NCBI GenBank assembly: GCA_040954595.2
Contig: CM082577.2
Coordinates: 13,895,903 to 13,959,902, forward strand
Length of the DNA stretch: 64,000 bases
Source: Balanoglossus misakiensis
Lineage: Eukaryota > Animalia > Hemichordata
Reading direction: 5' to 3'
Shown: piece after piece, positions 59,400 to 64,000 of the stretch
How positions within the stretch are numbered: position 1 is the first letter of the stretch
Layout: every line of letters begins with the position of its first letter
Program-made: the position numbers and the translations under genes
The notes under the pieces: generated by a model
What the model saw: the letters and a program-made list of their open reading frames with translations, nothing else
Told to the model about the DNA's origin: nothing
Database searches by the model: none

Positions 59400-62300
59400 T
59401 ATGGTTGCGGACGCAAAAAATCAGGAGAAAAATTGCCCCGAAAATGTGTAGCAGAGAGAGCTCCACTACGCAGCACGCAGCTACAGTTGCTGAACTCTAG
59501 TTTGGTGGATTTCCAATCACTCACATACTCAGAATTCACACAAACATCTGATCTCCCTCCTGTGCACTTGTCACAGTAACATGAGAGTTCCCTGGTTTTG
59601 ATTTCCATCGGTTGTCCAGTACCTACAACACAATGCAGTTTTTTTGTCCCCTTTAAAGTTTTTGCTTGCCTGCTCGGGCTGTCCCTCTGAATATCAGCCT
59701 TTGGTACGTAGATAAATGAGCGTTTAGAAACTTCTCCACGCTTACCATCTCCTGGATATGTCACTTTACTACCATCTTTTTCCATAGTCTTGGAACAGAA
59801 CTGGTATAATTCTACTGCATTGCGTATAATAGCTTGACGGCGCAGAGCAGCTCTACTTGCTGTGTACTTGGTAACAGCTCCTACTCCATCACACACCTTT
59901 GCCGTGGGAAGTTTCATAGTAGTTCCTCTGTATTGTAGCACCATGGTCTTGCTGTGAATATGATATGTCAGCAAATGACACCCTTGCTTTGTACTAGGCT
60001 GCTGCACCATCCGTAAATTGGTGGATATGTTTGATGGGCACACCACCTTTATCCAATTCTGACAGAACTTTCTGGGTAAAGACATGCACAGCATCTTTGT
60101 CATTCTTCAAATCATCAGAGATGCATACAAAGGCATGCTTTACAAGGACGCTTTCAGAGGTTTCGTCATCATAGATCTATTTCATATCCATCAAGTAATA
60201 ACACATGATTGGGTGAACTGTCACTGCTTGCTGTTCCCAATATGAACTCTGAACTTCATCTTGTGATCGACAGAAATAGTTTTATGCAAAATCCAATACC
60301 ATAAGAAGGTCACCCGTTTTCAGAGATGTGAGGCACTTTTGCTGTTGTGTGTGCTAGCTGCCAAGATGCACAAAACCTATGGGATGGGAAGGATACTAAA
60401 TCCGCCTTCAATGCTGTCATGAATTCCGAAACAGTTGATGTGTTAATGCACTTCAACAACATTTTTGTCTTCGTCTGACCCTCACCAATCTCGACCGTTC
60501 CATATTCCCATTTTCTCCACAGTATTTTCATATCCTTCAGTTCTTGTAACTCCTTGAAGTGAACATCAAGCATATCAGGACCCCATTTTGCAACAGTTGC
60601 GTTTTAAACATTCTGCCTTTGGGTACAACTCACTGTACTGACTCAGACTCCCAGACTTCACTAGCTGCACCAGGTTTTCTATGGCATGCTGGTGTTTCTC
60701 AGCAACTTCTCCGCCATAGTTTGGTAGTGACAGGATGAATGATTTAAGAGCCTCTGTCTTCTGTGTTATATTACAGCACACATTGCACAGACAAGTCACT
60801 CTTGATGATTCTGAGACATGTTTTACATTTTGAGGGCGCATCTTTTCAAATGCTCGCTGGCTGATTTTTAGGTGTGGATATTTTTCTCTGAACATGTTGT
60901 ATGCTTCTTTTTGTGTTACCTGTAGTAAATGTTTCTGCAACACTACCTTTTCACCACTTTCAGTTTTAATTTTGCTGACATCCCTTTTGTTTGGAAGTTC
61001 GCGGCTTACTTCATCTGTGAGATAGAAGTCTTTCACGATTAACTTCAGGGCATTTGAATGTGCATCCTAGCGCTTTTTTCTGGCTTCCTGTTTCCACCAT
61101 TTCGACACTGTTACATTTGTCTTCATCTTCATACTTATACCAAGGTTCTTCTTTATGATGGTCTTCATTCTGTATTATTTAGCAACTCCAGCTGCAGTAA
61201 CCTATGCTATGGATTTATATGATTGAGTCATGTGTCTATCTTTGCAATGTTTTACTAGTTTAATTCCATGTGACAAACTTTCCTCAAGAGCTGTCAGCAA
61301 CTTCAGCTTTTTCCTCACACCTTCATTCACAATGACATCTTTCTTCTCCAGAATTTTCTGTGTTCTTGGTGAACTGTATGCCAGCCTTTCAAGGACCTTT
61401 GCTCGTTTTGTTGGTGACTTTGGCATCACTTTTTTGACTTTGTGAGTATGGCGACGTTCTGACCGGTCACTCTGGAATGGAGAACGTGTTTCACTCCTCT
61501 CTGACTCTATTTTTTTTCTCCACATCTTTACATACATGATTTTCTTCTGTCGCTGAAGATTTTGTCTTTGTTTTCCTAACCTCTTTATCATACGTGCCTA
61601 CCTATAAAACAGTACGATTTGCGAAAATGCGCTGAGAAACCATTTGAACCGGGCACCCTGGCCCTGGGATCACGACAGTAGCCATGTTGTGACGTATGAT
61701 GTGTGGGCCGTAGTATCATTTTAAGGGGGTTGGCAGCTTTCATTACGATGGCTTCCCTTCAATTTTGGGATATAAACTTTTGGGTTTAAATTAAATCATG
61801 TCAAAAGAACTACAACACATTTCATATCTGGTGTATAGATGAGTGAACTACAAAGGTTGCTTTATTAACTGCAAAGAAATTGCTTGTATGGCTTACAAAA
61901 TTAGTTCACACATGTCAGAATGATGCATACTTAAATGAAAGCAAAGTGATTTGAAAGATTTCAATTCTTTTTAGTAATTGAAAAGCAATTATTTTAGTTT
62001 TTCATCAATCAAAGGACACATTATATTAAGGCTACTACGGATGTGACGTTGCGGAAACATAATCTTCATCATTTTTCCAGAAACAAATTAGCTCACTCAC
62101 CTTTTGGGCCTTGCTCTGAGTGCACACTCTTTCAGTGGTGACACCACACAGCAGAATGACTTGAAGGGTCTGGGTATTTAAATACTGGACCCCATACCTC
62201 GGATGTGACACAATGTTGCGGACAATCAGGGCTGATCTTTTGAATGTCAGTGAAAATTTTAAACAGGGTATCTGTATCTCATATACATGTGCAACAACAA

Positions 62301-64000
62301 AGGTATGATACTATTATTTAAAAAACATTGTAGCAATAATACCCCAGGTTTCTATTGCAGAATGGCAGCCCAGTAAATGTATGACATCATTTTTTACCCT
62401 TATTTGGTAACACGGCTGTACTTATGTACATAATACAGGACACAATCAACACTCATCAATGATGCAGTAGTGCTCAAGAGATTCCATGAAGGTGTAGGAA
62501 ATAAAATATCTCTACAAATTGTTCCAACAGAAGGTTACAAAGACAAAATTAATGTTTACATTATGGCCCTTTTTAAATTTGGCCACCGGTAACGCAGAAA
62601 ATCAGCAAAATTATGACCATTTTTTTAAATAAAAAAAATGACTTTGTCAAATGAACCAAAAGTTATCTATGTTTTGAAACATGCTGAAATTGATAAAATA
62701 CTGGTAAAATACACCACATATATCCACAAATTAAGCAGAGGTAGGCTGGTAACACTGTTCCTTAAAAATAGGTACCCTTAAAGCTTGCTTTTGCCGATAT
62801 GCAAATAAGGTACAGGGGTTTTATGTTCATGCTGCCATATATAATTACCGGTATATGTATCGAACAAATCCTGATCACTAAAATAAATAATATCTTTGGA
62901 GAGATTGCATGACAAAATCTCACATGCCTCAAGCTTTCATGTGTGCAGTTCAAGATGTCAGGCCCTCTAGATTACTTTAAATAATCTAGGAAGTTCAATC
63001 AAGTTCAGATGTCCAAATTACAGACATTGGCCTACTACTTTGGATGCAATTGTCAATGATCATGACCATGAACAATAAATTTCACACTCAAATCATATTT
63101 AATGAAAGGTAAATGAGTAGAACTTATTAATCATGATTGTAGTTACTAGTAATTCATTTTATTCCTAGTTTACAAATACCCCCCAATTGCTTTCATTTTG
63201 TCCCTAATTCTCTTGACTGTGCGTAAAGCTACTGTTTTTAAAAAGTTGACTTTGAGCGCTGGTGAGATGACAATGTTTTCCCAGAAATGTTGGCTAGTAC
63301 TGCCAGCAGTACCCATAAGTTTCATGTTTATGAGTGTCTAATTGTTTTTATAAGAACAAACAGGAGGGGGTAAGGGAGGGGTCAGTGACTTGAAGTGGTA
63401 GAAGTCACATGACATTTCACCTCAGACAATCTTTGAGATTTGACAGCTGATTTACTGTAACTCTTGGCGTTTTGTCTTGTGCAAAATCTACCTTGTAACT
63501 TATCTAACTTTGCGCTTTTGCTAGGTTTTGATGTGGAGTCCACTACCATCTGAATGTTTGTCAATGGTCTCTGCAGAATGAGGGAGAATGGGTAACGAAT
63601 GCACATACCACCAACCCCTTCTCCACACATACAATTAGCCTCAACATACCTCAGAGTCATTTAGACTAGCAACGGTCTTTGATCAGTTTTAACATACCTG
63701 TAATCAGTCCCATGCATCTCACATATAAACATGGCACTCATTGATCATGAGAAGAATAATTCCATGTGATGTTGGCTTGCTAGGGCTAGTTTTCTTAGCA
63801 ACTCCCACTATTAGCAGCTTTTAATTGATAAATTTCCCCCTCCTACTCTTTAGTCCACAAACGACACCATTTTGAATTGCGCATTCCATGATTGTGTACT
63901 CTTGCAATTGGGTTGAATACACCAGTGTCACTATTTACCTGTTTTATAGACAAATATGTGGCAACAATGACAGCTTGTTTCAATGGTGGAAGAGGAGAAA

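Larger units (their letters stand above)
56222..59485 (-). mobile_element. Non-LTR retrotransposon (RTEX-like; clade tentative) with an internal deletion
   Basis: (TAA)n tail at 56222-56240 after AATAAA; ORF1 remnant and ORF2; splits the transposase coding sequence; no clear TSD. Confidence 0.9.
54901..61601 (-). pseudogene. Decayed spliced DDE transposase, Sola2-like, interrupted by a LINE
   Basis: Pieces SRELPNKRD, CLCNVC.N, VLDFA*NY..QDEVQSSYW...TVHP, FTDGAAA*YK, YETSHGKG/CDGVG, TLKGTKKLH, SCYCDKC. Continues past the LINE in 56160-56221, then exons 55837-55939 and 54901-55104 with compatible phases. Confidence 0.8.

Overview
This is eukaryotic (metazoan) genomic DNA, AT-rich with spliceosomal introns and microsatellites; the TE repertoire suggests a marine invertebrate (inference). 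Transposable elements dominate. Left third: fragments of a small spliced gene (TM + coiled coil, duplicated last exon), MITEs, a Crypton tyrosine-recombinase element with a 145-bp strand-asymmetric hairpin plus a non-autonomous relative, and a concentric foldback. From ~30.3 to 62.8 kb is a nested stack. A decayed, spliced Sola2-like transposase element contains an RTEX-like LINE and a Helentron-type (HINE) element. A BEL/Pao retrotransposon (TSD ATATA) sits in the HINE 5' hairpin. The BEL 5' LTR is split by an IS3EU-like element (6-bp TSD, HECT ligase exon) and by a very young 11.4-kb Gypsy element (TSD AACC). The Gypsy is the most unusual item: helix-hairpin-helix at the Gag N-terminus, a -1 frameshift signal, a PHD finger on integrase, and an env-position third ORF. 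That ORF follows a textbook branch point/splice acceptor and encodes a TatD-fold protein whose metal ligands all appear substituted. All family assignments come from motif recognition by eye; no database searches were run.
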